From a virus, in the IMG/VR virus record IMGVR_UViG_3300045988_129598: a DNA stretch of 63,683 nt. The stretch is one strand, 5' to 3'. Below, piece by piece: positions 1-8,249 of this stretch; position 1 is the stretch's first letter, and the number at the start of each line of letters is the position of its first letter. The notes beneath the pieces are model-generated. The model ran no database searches. It was not told where the DNA came from and was given only the letters and a program-made list of their open reading frames with translations. The position numbers and the translations under genes were made by a program.

Positions 1-99
1 AACTCCCGGATAATCGGCATATCCGTCACTGTATCTCTTTTTAAACAAAGAAATCACTCCTTTCACTATACAGCATGTAATTTCTGCGAAAAAAAAAAG
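1..99. repeat. 99-bp terminal overlap identical to 63585..63683
   Basis: Both ends read aactcccggataatcgg...tttctgcgaaaaaaaaaag with no mismatch. This implies a circularly closed 63,584-bp unit (assembly overlap or short direct terminal repeat). Confidence 0.9.
65..89 (-). promoter_or_regulatory. TCGCA-N14-TATAGT motif (same copy as 63649..63673)
   Basis: Minus strand reads TTCGCAGAAATTACATGCTG-TATAGT-GAAAGGAG directly upstream of gene 63426..63632. It follows the T-run of terminator 90..127. Confidence 0.45.
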
Positions 100-127
100 A
101 GATGCCGTGTTTTCACAGCGATCTCTT
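90..127 (-). terminator. intrinsic terminator after gene 164..502
   Basis: Minus strand hairpin AAGAGATCGCTGTG-AAAA-CACGGCATCTCTT followed by T10. Confidence 0.65.
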
Positions 128-163
128 TCGAGAGTTCCGTCCAAAATATCTCCATAGAATTGT

Positions 164-502
164 TCAATCACGGCCCAATCTGTTTTTGAGCACAGAATGA
201 ACCGGTCCGACAATATCCTCGTAGCGAAGGACCAACACTGTTGATAAAATTGAGCATCCGCATTTCAGAATCGTTTCACCATATTTCTGAAAAAACGTCT
301 CCGGGACTGAATCGGTATCAAGTTTCTTGTCCTTGATTTCGTACAGTCCCTTCAAGCGTGTCGCCAGTTTCGGATAATTCTCCGAAAGCGGATCTTCCTC
401 TTTTAACTTTTCAGTCAGTCTTTCAATCTCCAAGTCGATATCGTCCCGTTCAGTTTCCTCTGGTTCATCAACTCGCAGTCCAATGATTTTCAGAATATCC
501 AC
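164..502 (-). CDS. hypothetical protein, acidic N-terminus, hydrophobic C-terminal segment
   Basis: 112-aa ORF with GTG start after GAAAGGAG. It is the last gene after the holin and is followed by a terminator. Confidence 0.6.
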   Translation of the reverse strand: MDILKIIGLRVDEPEETERDDIDLEIERLTEKLKEEDPLSENYPKLATRLKGLYEIKDKKLDTDSVPETFFQKYGETILKCGCSILSTVLVLRYEDIVGPVHSVLKNRLGRD

Positions 503-527
503 GATTTTCTCCTTTCATGAACTCTCT

Positions 528-552
528 ATCATAAGAAATGTTAATTCCGCGA
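528..552 (-). promoter_or_regulatory. TCGCG-N14-TATGAT motif copy
   Basis: Minus strand TTCGCGGAATTAACATTTCT-TATGAT-AGAGAG overlaps the holin stop codon, upstream of gene 164..502. Confidence 0.4.
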
Positions 553-870
553 ATCCTTATTGACTTTAAAGGTAACGGAATCACGATCTGCCAGCGACTC
601 CACCGGAACATTCAGCATGAGCTGATACACATCCTTATTCGTTTCCGCATCAGCGTGAATTTCAAGCGTACCTTCGCCCGAATAGTTTGCAGAAGAGATA
701 CCCAGAATTGCACCAAGGAAAATATCAATCGCGCTTAGCGTGCCGACAACCTCGCTGCCATATGGAAAGCCCCAAATCTTGGACAGTGCTGCATAGAGCG
801 TGCCCGCAGCCGGAATGAAATACTGTGCAATCCACTTGATCACATCGTAAGTTTTATTGTTCAGCGTCAT
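541..870 (-). CDS. holin, Dp-1-like family
   Basis: N-terminus KTYDVIKWIAQYFIPAAGTLYAALSKIWGFPYGSEVVGTLSAIDIFLGAILGIS matches the remembered Dp-1 holin pattern. RBS AAAGGAG lies 7 nt before the ATG. Confidence 0.7.
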   Translation of the reverse strand: MTLNNKTYDVIKWIAQYFIPAAGTLYAALSKIWGFPYGSEVVGTLSAIDIFLGAILGISSANYSGEGTLEIHADAETNKDVYQLMLNVPVESLADRDSVTFKVNKDSRN

Positions 871-1193
871 TTTGTTACTCCTTTCGTATAAGAAGATTTA
901 TGAATCGGCAGGTTGTTGACTGCCTGCATGATTCGCTTTGCTGAGCCATTGCCACCCATCTTCTCATATGGCTTATACAGGTATTCATACAAATTTTCGT
1001 ATTCATCCTGCGTAATCCATCCACGCTCGACATACTGCATGCCAAGCCAGACAATTCGATCGTGAGCCAGGCCGATCAGCATTTGCGTCTTTACATCTTT
1101 TTTATCCGTAATCTTTTGCATACACGTCCAGAATCCGGAAGATGCAATTACGGAGCAGATAATCGTGACAAAGATTTCCAATCGACTATCCAC
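867..1193 (-). CDS. membrane protein (one N-terminal TM), unknown function
   Basis: ORF 867..1247; preferred start is GTG at 1193 after GGAGGTGA. TM segment LEIFVTIICSVIASSGFW. ATGA overlap with the holin start. Confidence 0.55.
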   Translation of the reverse strand: MDSRLEIFVTIICSVIASSGFWTCMQKITDKKDVKTQMLIGLAHDRIVWLGMQYVERGWITQDEYENLYEYLYKPYEKMGGNGSAKRIMQAVNNLPIHKSSYTKGVTK

Positions 1194-1204
1194 GCCATCA
1201 CCTC

Positions 1205-1588
1205 CTATCCGATCATTCGTTCGAGTTCTCTTGGAATATATGTCCAAACTTCATCGCCAAGGATAAAGTACATGCTTTCAAATATCTTCATACCATAGTC
1301 GGCTATGAAGTTGCATATCCATTCTTCCGCTTCTGTGCGGTACTCCGGCTTTACCATGCGGTAGATGTCGTCGATCAGATGGAAGCTGAATAAAACGCAA
1401 TGTCCGATCTCATGAATCAAAACACGATTTTTAAAGTGGCCGGTTAAGCGATTCGAAATATAAATCGATCCCGTTCGAGGGTCTGTCGTTGCCACGCTGA
1501 ATCGTCCGTCTCGATCCATAAGAATCGGATCATCGGGGCTTACATGCTCAAGCTTCCATAAATATCCATTTAGTAGGAAGCTTTTCAT
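1205..1588 (-). CDS. ImmA/IrrE-like zinc metallopeptidase
   Basis: 127 aa with HEIGH zinc-binding motif in the context RVLIHEIGHCVLF. Size and layout are typical of DUF955/ImmA-type peptidases. Confidence 0.55.
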   Translation of the reverse strand: MKSFLLNGYLWKLEHVSPDDPILMDRDGRFSVATTDPRTGSIYISNRLTGHFKNRVLIHEIGHCVLFSFHLIDDIYRMVKPEYRTEAEEWICNFIADYGMKIFESMYFILGDEVWTYIPRELERMIG

Positions 1589-1593
1589 TGCTT

Positions 1594-2163
1594 TTAGCCC
1601 GGCATTTCGCTGATGAGTTTTGTCAGATCCGTCTTGATACGCTTTTTGAGATCAGGATCGGCACTCTTATAGATTTCCCGAACAGTCTCCATCGTATCTG
1701 CAACGTGTTCGTTAGCATGGCGAGTCATTTCGTCCTTATCCGTCTGCGAGTTGGTCATCGTGTAATGCCTCTTGGCAGACTGATACTCATTGTAGGCCTG
1801 ACCGTATCGAGGATGTTCGGTATGGCGGTCGCCCTCTCGAAGCATTTCCTCAAAACCACTTTCGCGATTCAGACGATCTTCGTAGTCATATGGATGAGGT
1901 TTTCTAAGCGGTCGCCTGTGATATCCACGCCGTCCGTATTCGTCTTCCTCCTCGAAATCGTCCATCGTCTCGATAAGCCTCGCATAATAACAGGCCTTCC
2001 AACAGTCTTTTTTCGCCTCGGCAAGGTCTTTGATCATGTCGATTGCTTCACCAAGCTCATGCGTATCAACCGTCTCGATCCCTTTAGCGAGCTCGCCCTT
2101 AACGGATTGAACAATATCATCATAGATACCGCAAAGTTCTCTTACCTTGTCGTTCTCATACAT
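1594..2163 (-). CDS. hypothetical protein (charged, helical)
   Basis: 189-aa ORF in the co-directional gene chain. No motif recognised. Confidence 0.6.
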   Translation of the reverse strand: MYENDKVRELCGIYDDIVQSVKGELAKGIETVDTHELGEAIDMIKDLAEAKKDCWKACYYARLIETMDDFEEEDEYGRRGYHRRPLRKPHPYDYEDRLNRESGFEEMLREGDRHTEHPRYGQAYNEYQSAKRHYTMTNSQTDKDEMTRHANEHVADTMETVREIYKSADPDLKKRIKTDLTKLISEMPG

Positions 2164-2178
2164 CGTTGTTCACCTCCA

Positions 2179-2586
2179 TTAGGATACTCGCGCAATACGA
2201 AGGTTCATGTTCGCAGCTAACAAGACCGGAACCGTACCTGTATTGACAATGCTCACGCGGTTGAGATCGCAGCACGTGTTCTTGACATATGTGCCGATGG
2301 CGATATTGTTGAAAGCATTTTCGGCAGCCGGAGTCGAAACGCCAACCGTTGCCGGAATTGCTACACCACCCAATGCAACTGCGAGCTGCACCGGCGTATT
2401 GGCAGCAGTACCGCTCACGTTACCTGTAAAGTCGATTTTGTATGTTCCACCGATAGCACGAAGTTTAACCGAAGGAATTCCCTTCGTGAAACATTCGCCG
2501 CAGCCAGTGTGCAGCATCACCGTATCGAAGGTAACAGCCGCTCCGGGTTGGACAGTCTGAGCGGCAGAATTAGTGAGTTCAATCAT
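2179..2586 (-). CDS. hypothetical beta-rich protein (tentatively BclA-C/C1q-like)
   Basis: 135-aa ORF with RBS TAGGAGG. The pattern GGTYKIDFTGNVSG...LAVALGGVAIP...LNRVSIVNTG is only loosely reminiscent of TNF/C1q-like jelly rolls. Confidence 0.55.
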   Translation of the reverse strand: MIELTNSAAQTVQPGAAVTFDTVMLHTGCGECFTKGIPSVKLRAIGGTYKIDFTGNVSGTAANTPVQLAVALGGVAIPATVGVSTPAAENAFNNIAIGTYVKNTCCDLNRVSIVNTGTVPVLLAANMNLRIARVS

Positions 2587-2603
2587 AAATATACCTCCTA
2601 AAA

Positions 2604-2640
2604 GAGATAGGGAGAGATCTCCGTATTAGAAATCTCTCCC
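2604..2640 (-). terminator. hairpin downstream of gene 2649..3431
   Basis: GGGAGAGAT-N13-ATCTCTCCC stem followed by a weak T-run (TATCTCTTTT). Confidence 0.4.
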
Positions 2641-2648
2641 ATTTTGAT

Positions 2649-3431
2649 TTAGCTGTAATTCCCGCAGCAGGTCTGTCCGTTGTAGTTATACGGATTGGGC
2701 ACAGTGTAAGCCGGAATCGGGCAAGGCTTCAGCTGAGCAATCAGATATTCGTTCTGATTCCGCTGAGATACCGCCAGATTCAGGCTATTGATAATCTGTG
2801 CCTGATCCGCGATCTTCTCGTCCTTACGAGCCAACTCGGAAGCCGTGAGACGATCCGAGATAGCACGGAAGTTCGCATTGTCGTTATCCATAATGTCTCG
2901 CGCCGCATTGGCAATACTGGTCGTGATCGCGCAGGTATCAGTCGCCATCCGGTACTGGATTTCGGCCTGACCCTGACGATTCTCGCAGCAGCAATCACCG
3001 AGCTGACGAGACAGTGCGTTTGTATCCTGCATCTGAGCGATGCCCATTTGTGTAATGCCGTTCTGGATGTTGTATCCGGTCTGCATGATGCTGGTGTTGA
3101 TACCATTCATCTGGGCAAGCTGATCGTATCCAAGGGAGCAGATGCCGTTGTTGATGCCATCGAGCTTCGTGATAACCGTACTGGTATCAAAACCTCTCTG
3201 GACTTCACCGCCAATCCCACTACCGGAGCCAACGCCGCGATCCATGTAAACCACGGAAGGCATACCGTTATTATTGCCGTTTCGATTACCCCAGCCGCCA
3301 AACAACGCGAACAGAATAATCCAAGCCCACCAACTGTTGTCGTTACCGCATCCATAACCGCCATTGAAGCCGCCCATCATGTTGCCAATCGGAGCAGTCA
3401 AAGGAATACTGGGAATAGAAGAACCAAACAT
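2649..3431 (-). CDS. Gly/Asn/Cys-rich membrane protein, unknown function
   Basis: 260-aa ORF with RBS GGAGG. TM segment WWAWIILFALFGGW. Has CCC and CC motifs (GDCCCENRQ, QTCCGNYS). Confidence 0.6.
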   Translation of the reverse strand: MFGSSIPSIPLTAPIGNMMGGFNGGYGCGNDNSWWAWIILFALFGGWGNRNGNNNGMPSVVYMDRGVGSGSGIGGEVQRGFDTSTVITKLDGINNGICSLGYDQLAQMNGINTSIMQTGYNIQNGITQMGIAQMQDTNALSRQLGDCCCENRQGQAEIQYRMATDTCAITTSIANAARDIMDNDNANFRAISDRLTASELARKDEKIADQAQIINSLNLAVSQRNQNEYLIAQLKPCPIPAYTVPNPYNYNGQTCCGNYS

Positions 3432-3454
3432 AGGATGACCTCCTAAAAATAAAT

Positions 3455-3505
3455 ATTAACAACAGAAAAGAGACCCTTCCGGCCGCGCGCTCCGTTAAAG
3501 TCTCT
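3455..3505 (-). terminator. GC-rich hairpin upstream of gene 2649..3431
   Basis: Minus strand AGAGAC...GGAGCGCGCGGCCGGAAG...GGTCTCT followed by TTTCTGTTGTT. Confidence 0.4.
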
Positions 3506-3544
3506 CTGCGTTGTCGCATTATTTCATTCGGTCTGTCATACCCC

Positions 3545-3766
3545 TTAGAGCGGGATATGAAGCTGATTCTTAAAGTATTCCGTGGCCATGCCGACCGCCT
3601 GTTCCTTTGAAACCCCATAAGTTTTACAAAGGTTCATGGCGATTTGCTGACCCTTTTGTGCATCTCCGCTCTGAATGACCTGAAGCATTTCCTGTGCTCT
3701 CGGGTTATTCGCGATATTCGAATTTTGCATTGCCATATTCAAAAGCATAGACATCGGATTATTCAT
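3545..3766 (-). CDS. hypothetical protein
   Basis: 73-aa ORF whose start overlaps the end of the upstream gene. Confidence 0.5.
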   Translation of the reverse strand: MNNPMSMLLNMAMQNSNIANNPRAQEMLQVIQSGDAQKGQQIAMNLCKTYGVSKEQAVGMATEYFKNQLHIPL

Positions 3767-4214
3767 GAGCTACATCCTCCTTCTTCGGACTTCCATTTTG
3801 ATGATTGGAACGGTTCGGGTTATAAGGTTTACCAAGCCGCTTTTCCAATCGAACAAGTCGTTCCAAAATATCGTCGAGCTTCTTTTCGGCATTAGAGCCC
3901 TCGACTTTATCGGATGTAGTGTCCGGTGCGGGAACAAAGACTCGACCTTCGATCAAGCCATTGCTACCCCACCATTTGACAAAAATTGCTTGCCCATCGT
4001 CTTTTGGAAAGAATGACACACCGCCATCCATAACGATATCGTTTGGACGAATATCATTTTCGCTCGCCACTGACCGCCCTCTCAAACTGAGCTGACGGTT
4101 TTGGGAAGCGGGCTCCATGTATGGATTGGCCGGAATCTGAATAGACTGTTGAGGCATCTGATAAGGATACATTCCTTGATACCCCACTGGTCTATTATCC
4201 GGATATCGCTGCAT
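3759..4214 (-). CDS. hypothetical protein, Pro/Gln-rich N-terminus
   Basis: ORF 3759..4232; ATG at 4214 follows TTGAAAGGAG. The MKGEHN extension in the track is the RBS read as codons. Confidence 0.6.
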   Translation of the reverse strand: MQRYPDNRPVGYQGMYPYQMPQQSIQIPANPYMEPASQNRQLSLRGRSVASENDIRPNDIVMDGGVSFFPKDDGQAIFVKWWGSNGLIEGRVFVPAPDTTSDKVEGSNAEKKLDDILERLVRLEKRLGKPYNPNRSNHQNGSPKKEDVAHE

Positions 4215-4249
4215 ATTGTGCTCTCCTTTCAAAGATTCAGTTCAGTCTA

Positions 4250-4381
4250 TTACTCCTCAGCCAGTTCCGGGAGACCGGATTCCACCAGCAGCTCCTTCAC
4301 CTGGGGCTTGAGCTTAGCCGGGACGTTCTTAAATTCGGTTTTGCCAAGGATTACGCGCTGTGCAAAAAACATTGCCATCAT
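4250..4381 (-). CDS. small hypothetical protein (43 aa)
   Basis: ATG at 4381 follows GAAGGAGGTGA. The upstream part of ORF 4250..4462 overlaps gene 4431..4820. Confidence 0.45.
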   Translation of the reverse strand: MMAMFFAQRVILGKTEFKNVPAKLKPQVKELLVESGLPELAEE

Positions 4382-4430
4382 GATCTCACCTCCTTCGCCC
4401 AAAAATAAAAGAAAGAGCCCCCATAAGACA

Positions 4431-4820
4431 TCATGCATAGATGATCGCCGCCATTTCTGCAATGCAATCTTCGAGGAACTCGTTTCTGTCCGTCAATGCC
4501 TGAATTCTGGCATTCGTTAGTGTTTTTTCTTTTTCTTCTTTGGATGGTTCCGGATCAGGTTGATTTGTATAATCGGTATCCATCTCAGCCTGCGTTCTCT
4601 GGACAATCACGCCGTCAACAAATTTGTAACGATATATGCCTCGATCGTCGATGAGCGGATATGTCAGATAATTGTTCTGGGCATGATGATATCGATCTCC
4701 AGTACCGACATCAACAACCGTCCAACCCGTTTCATCTGAAATGAATGCATCAGAATTGATGTCTGTTACTCGACTTGCATCGTCAACCCGCACCAGCACC
4801 TTATAAAGCCCTTCGTCCAT
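4431..4820 (-). CDS. hypothetical protein downstream of tail fibre (fibre accessory?)
   Basis: 129-aa ORF with RBS AAAGGAGGG, positioned directly after the fibre gene. Confidence 0.55.
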   Translation of the reverse strand: MDEGLYKVLVRVDDASRVTDINSDAFISDETGWTVVDVGTGDRYHHAQNNYLTYPLIDDRGIYRYKFVDGVIVQRTQAEMDTDYTNQPDPEPSKEEKEKTLTNARIQALTDRNEFLEDCIAEMAAIIYA

Positions 4821-4832
4821 GCCATCCCTCCT

Positions 4833-5789
4833 TTACAGATCGGCAGAAATATCAATGTCGCCCTGCGGAGTAATCGTGCCCGTGCATACGCCCGTTACAG
4901 ACACCGGGCACTTGACGATGACGCGTTCCGTCCCGGCTCTGTGCTGCGTGCCGGTTTCCACCGACGTTTGCTGTGTGCTGCCCAGCGTGTAGAAAAACTT
5001 CCCGCTGAACGTCACCGTCGGCACAATCCGCATCGCCTGAGTCAGCGGAATAAACGCGTAGGCGATGCCGCTCGCGGCGTATCCGACGAACGTCTGCGAA
5101 TCGCCCTTGATCTTCCGATAATACCGCAGACACTCGGCCAGTTCCTCCGCGTATCCTTTCGGCACATACGGCGGCAGGGTTTCCGCCGTGTATTCGCCCT
5201 CATACAGGGCTGCCCACTGAACGATTGCTGCCGTTCCCGTACTGTCGGTATCAGGTGAAATATAAATGTTCACCACTTCATCGCCAGTTAGACTGCTGGG
5301 CTTCGTCAACTTTAGAACCAGCGTGCGCTCTGCCGGATCACCTTGAAAATAGCCGGGATCGCCAAAATTTACAGTACCGCTGCCGATATATGCATATAAT
5401 CTGCATGCAACTGGAAAAATGCCATGCACCGCAAGCGTCATCGTATCAGCAAATCGTTTTGCTTCGATTCTCTGCTGGATACCAGCAACCCAGTCCGATT
5501 TGTCGGATACAACTTTCAAACCGTTCGAGACAAGGGAAACCGTAGCGCCCGTTGTTCTGTTCCAGCGATCGATTGCATATGCAGTCGAACCATGAAGGCC
5601 GCCGACTCCTGCTTGTGCAATCGGATTCAAAAAATCGCTGTTATTCAACAAATTCGCAGGCTGAATATAATATTCCGGCATCTTTCCTCCGAGTCTGGCT
5701 GAATCGTATGCTTTATCGTTTTTGCCAAGAAAAGCACCCTTGATTTTTGCCCAGAGGTAAGTCAAACCACCTCCATCCAAATAAGCCAT
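4833..5789 (-). CDS. tail fibre / receptor-binding protein
   Basis: N-terminus MAYLDGGGLTYLWAKIKGAF shares the G-L-x-YLW-x-KIK motif with fibre gene 6086..7732. RBS GAAGGAGG. Confidence 0.6.
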   Translation of the reverse strand: MAYLDGGGLTYLWAKIKGAFLGKNDKAYDSARLGGKMPEYYIQPANLLNNSDFLNPIAQAGVGGLHGSTAYAIDRWNRTTGATVSLVSNGLKVVSDKSDWVAGIQQRIEAKRFADTMTLAVHGIFPVACRLYAYIGSGTVNFGDPGYFQGDPAERTLVLKLTKPSSLTGDEVVNIYISPDTDSTGTAAIVQWAALYEGEYTAETLPPYVPKGYAEELAECLRYYRKIKGDSQTFVGYAASGIAYAFIPLTQAMRIVPTVTFSGKFFYTLGSTQQTSVETGTQHRAGTERVIVKCPVSVTGVCTGTITPQGDIDISADL

Positions 5790-5805
5790 TCAGATCCTCC
5801 TTCGG

Positions 5806-5907
5806 TTATCTGTCCCAGCTGCCACCGGCATGAATGAACTTGCCAATGGCAATTCCAACGGCAAGTATTACGAGTGCTCCGATGATGATTGTTGCAATAA
5901 CATTCAT
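5806..5907 (-). CDS. 33-aa single-TM micro-protein
   Basis: Below the ORF-track cutoff. TAAGGAG lies 8 nt before ATG. Product MNVIATIIIGALVILAVGIAIGKFIHAGGSWDR. Confidence 0.4.
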   Translation of the reverse strand: MNVIATIIIGALVILAVGIAIGKFIHAGGSWDR

Positions 5908-6085
5908 AGACCAGGCTCCTTAACCCGCCTTAGCAATCAGCGCATCGATGTCCGTCTGAGTATCACCAATGTTTACAAATTGAATATCCGTTCAAAATCA
6001 TCTCCTTGCTATATGGAATAACGCAGAACCGATTACGCGATCAATTATCGTTTTTGTTTAGTTAGAACTAGCAAACTTTAGTTAA

Positions 6086-7732
6086 TTAAATACCCTGTAA
6101 AAAAACTTCGTACTTGTGCATTGCTCTCTTATGCCCATCCTCGTTGAGGTGATAACTGTCTTTCATTGTCAATGCGTTTACCTGATAACTATTTGAAAAA
6201 TCTAACGCGCCATTAACAGTATTATCAAAAACAGGTATTCCACCAAATTTTTCACAAACTTCATGAATTGCAGTTACGTATTGTTTACATATCTCAGTAG
6301 TTGCAAATCCAGCATTTCTGATATATGGAGTAATAAAACAAATATTTCCTGACGGATATGTCTGTATTAGACGTTGACAAATCGCATTTAAAGCACCGTA
6401 AAAAGTTTGAGACGTTGCATCATCGATCGTTCCAAGAGGGCATTGGTCATTTCTTGCTATGTCGTTTGTTCCCCCAAAAACGATAATATAATCAGCCTCT
6501 ACAGGATTGTTAAGATTGTTCATTACTTTTGCATGAACACTGTCTGTATCTAAAAAAGTCGCGCCACTCATTGTCGTTGTTTTTCGAGTTATAGTAGTAC
6601 CATTTTGCGCAAAATTGGTTAAAATCATGCCGTGCTTTTCAGCAAGAAGCTTTGTCCAAACGCTTTCTGGAATCGTGTGACCATATGCCATACTGTCTCC
6701 AAATACAACCAATTTTTTTTCATGTAATACGTCAATCAAATTACTCTTTGGTGTTTTGCGTTTGACTGCTTTTTTTCGAAAAACCTCAGGTTTTCCCTTG
6801 GAACTCAGTCGAGAGACATACAGCTTAGTCGCCCCTTCGGGAACAGTAACCTCAATATTTGTTTTATCTACGAGACCCGATAAAGATTCGTCATAATAAT
6901 GATAAATGGTTTTATTTCTATCATCCGTAAAAGTAAATCCCCAAGAAGTTGTGGTATTCGCAACTGTTGACGAAATATATAAAGTCTCTCCAACTACTAC
7001 ATTTGTCAGTGTTGCAATGCTTGAATTAGATTGCTCTTGAATCGCAATATAAGTAGAAGTATATAATGTTTTTCCGTCCTCAACAATAGGATTCGTGTTG
7101 ACAAGTTCTTCTGTTGTGGTAGTGTCAAAAACCGCATTGTCTATCTCACCTAAATCGTCCCTTAACTGATTAAGCTCGCCAGCAGGGGCCGCATCAATGT
7201 TTGATCTTGCCTGCGCCTTTTGTGTATCATCAAGTATCTGTGGCGTATACAGCACGGATTCCTGTGGCGCATTCGTGTCCTTATAATAAGGAACGCCACC
7301 CACAATCGGAACCGGAGTATAGCCGTGCACGTCCGTAACTGAACTCGTCGTCTTTACGCCACCCAGAGAGCTTCCGGCAGTCGGCAGAGTATACTTATTT
7401 GCGCCTTCCGCAATACCAGCCAACTTTTCCTTTTCGGCTGTGGTGAAGTCGTTAGTCGAAAGCTGCTTGTCGGCTACTTTGTCAACTTTTGTCGAATCAT
7501 GCGGGTGAACGTGATCTCCACGGGCAAACGTGATTTCACTGCCTGCATTCGGAGTCCCGTTTTCCTTAGGTAGCGTATTACTGGCTACCGTGCCTTCCGG
7601 AACATCGTCGATCGTGATAAACTTACTGTCGTTTGTGAGCTGACTGACTTTGGTCGGAAGCACACTCCCCACATAAGTCTTGATCTTACCCCACAAATAA
7701 AGTACGCCATCGCCATTCAGAAATTTGCTCAT
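6086..7732 (-). CDS. tail fibre with C-terminal SGNH/GDSL hydrolase domain
   Basis: Fibre motifs LYLWGKIK, GDHVHPHD, STNDFTTAEKEKLAGI. C-terminal SGNH blocks VVFGDSMAYGH, FGGTNDI, DSYHLNEDGH. Confidence 0.8.
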   Translation of the reverse strand: MSKFLNGDGVLYLWGKIKTYVGSVLPTKVSQLTNDSKFITIDDVPEGTVASNTLPKENGTPNAGSEITFARGDHVHPHDSTKVDKVADKQLSTNDFTTAEKEKLAGIAEGANKYTLPTAGSSLGGVKTTSSVTDVHGYTPVPIVGGVPYYKDTNAPQESVLYTPQILDDTQKAQARSNIDAAPAGELNQLRDDLGEIDNAVFDTTTTEELVNTNPIVEDGKTLYTSTYIAIQEQSNSSIATLTNVVVGETLYISSTVANTTTSWGFTFTDDRNKTIYHYYDESLSGLVDKTNIEVTVPEGATKLYVSRLSSKGKPEVFRKKAVKRKTPKSNLIDVLHEKKLVVFGDSMAYGHTIPESVWTKLLAEKHGMILTNFAQNGTTITRKTTTMSGATFLDTDSVHAKVMNNLNNPVEADYIIVFGGTNDIARNDQCPLGTIDDATSQTFYGALNAICQRLIQTYPSGNICFITPYIRNAGFATTEICKQYVTAIHEVCEKFGGIPVFDNTVNGALDFSNSYQVNALTMKDSYHLNEDGHKRAMHKYEVFLQGI

Positions 7733-8247
7733 TTCAATAGCTCCTCCAAATCTTCATTCGTCAGAGCTTTGACGTTACCGACACTCTCGGCGGCATCTTC
7801 TGCTCTTTTAGCTGCATCAGTCGCTTTCGTCGCGGCCTCTTCCGCTTTTTTTCGAGCGACTTCTGCTTTTTCCATCCAGTTATCTATTCTGTCAGGTTTT
7901 TGCCCTCCGTCGGGTAGACTTCTGCTAATTTCCATAGCTGCTACTGCCGTCTTGATCTTACTTCCTGTCGGAGATATCAACGACAGTTGCAGCTCGCCTC
8001 GACCTTCCTTAGCTGTGTCGGAATCGCTAATAGACCAATGCAATTTGTCGTCTATCGTCTCGGTTACAGCCGGATATGCTGCTTTTTCATCCGGAGGCCG
8101 AACTTTTAAAACGGCAGTCGCGCCTGGAAATTCAAGTAGAATATCATGGAGATCGACGATCAAAGTGCTTCGATCCTCTTCTCCAGCGTAGCCGAGCCAT
8201 AAAACTCGTTTGCCAAATGTTTCAAAGGTCTCGTCTATGGATCGCAT
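7729..8247 (-). CDS. tail/baseplate-associated structural protein (hypothetical)
   Basis: 172-aa ORF between two fibre genes, with ATGA overlap to the next gene and an Ala/Glu-rich coiled C-terminus. Confidence 0.5.
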   Translation of the reverse strand: MRSIDETFETFGKRVLWLGYAGEEDRSTLIVDLHDILLEFPGATAVLKVRPPDEKAAYPAVTETIDDKLHWSISDSDTAKEGRGELQLSLISPTGSKIKTAVAAMEISRSLPDGGQKPDRIDNWMEKAEVARKKAEEAATKATDAAKRAEDAAESVGNVKALTNEDLEELLK

Positions 8248-8249
8248 AC

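Noticed and set aside
3759-4232. Recurrent MKGE../MKGV.. N-termini in the track (3759-4232, 23155-23586, 46652-47641, 47893-48387, 59654-60436, 63426-63650), which look like a shared signal peptide.
   Set aside because: They come from reading the consensus RBS TTGAAAGGAG as codons. A properly spaced ATG or TTG lies 5-9 nt downstream in every case.
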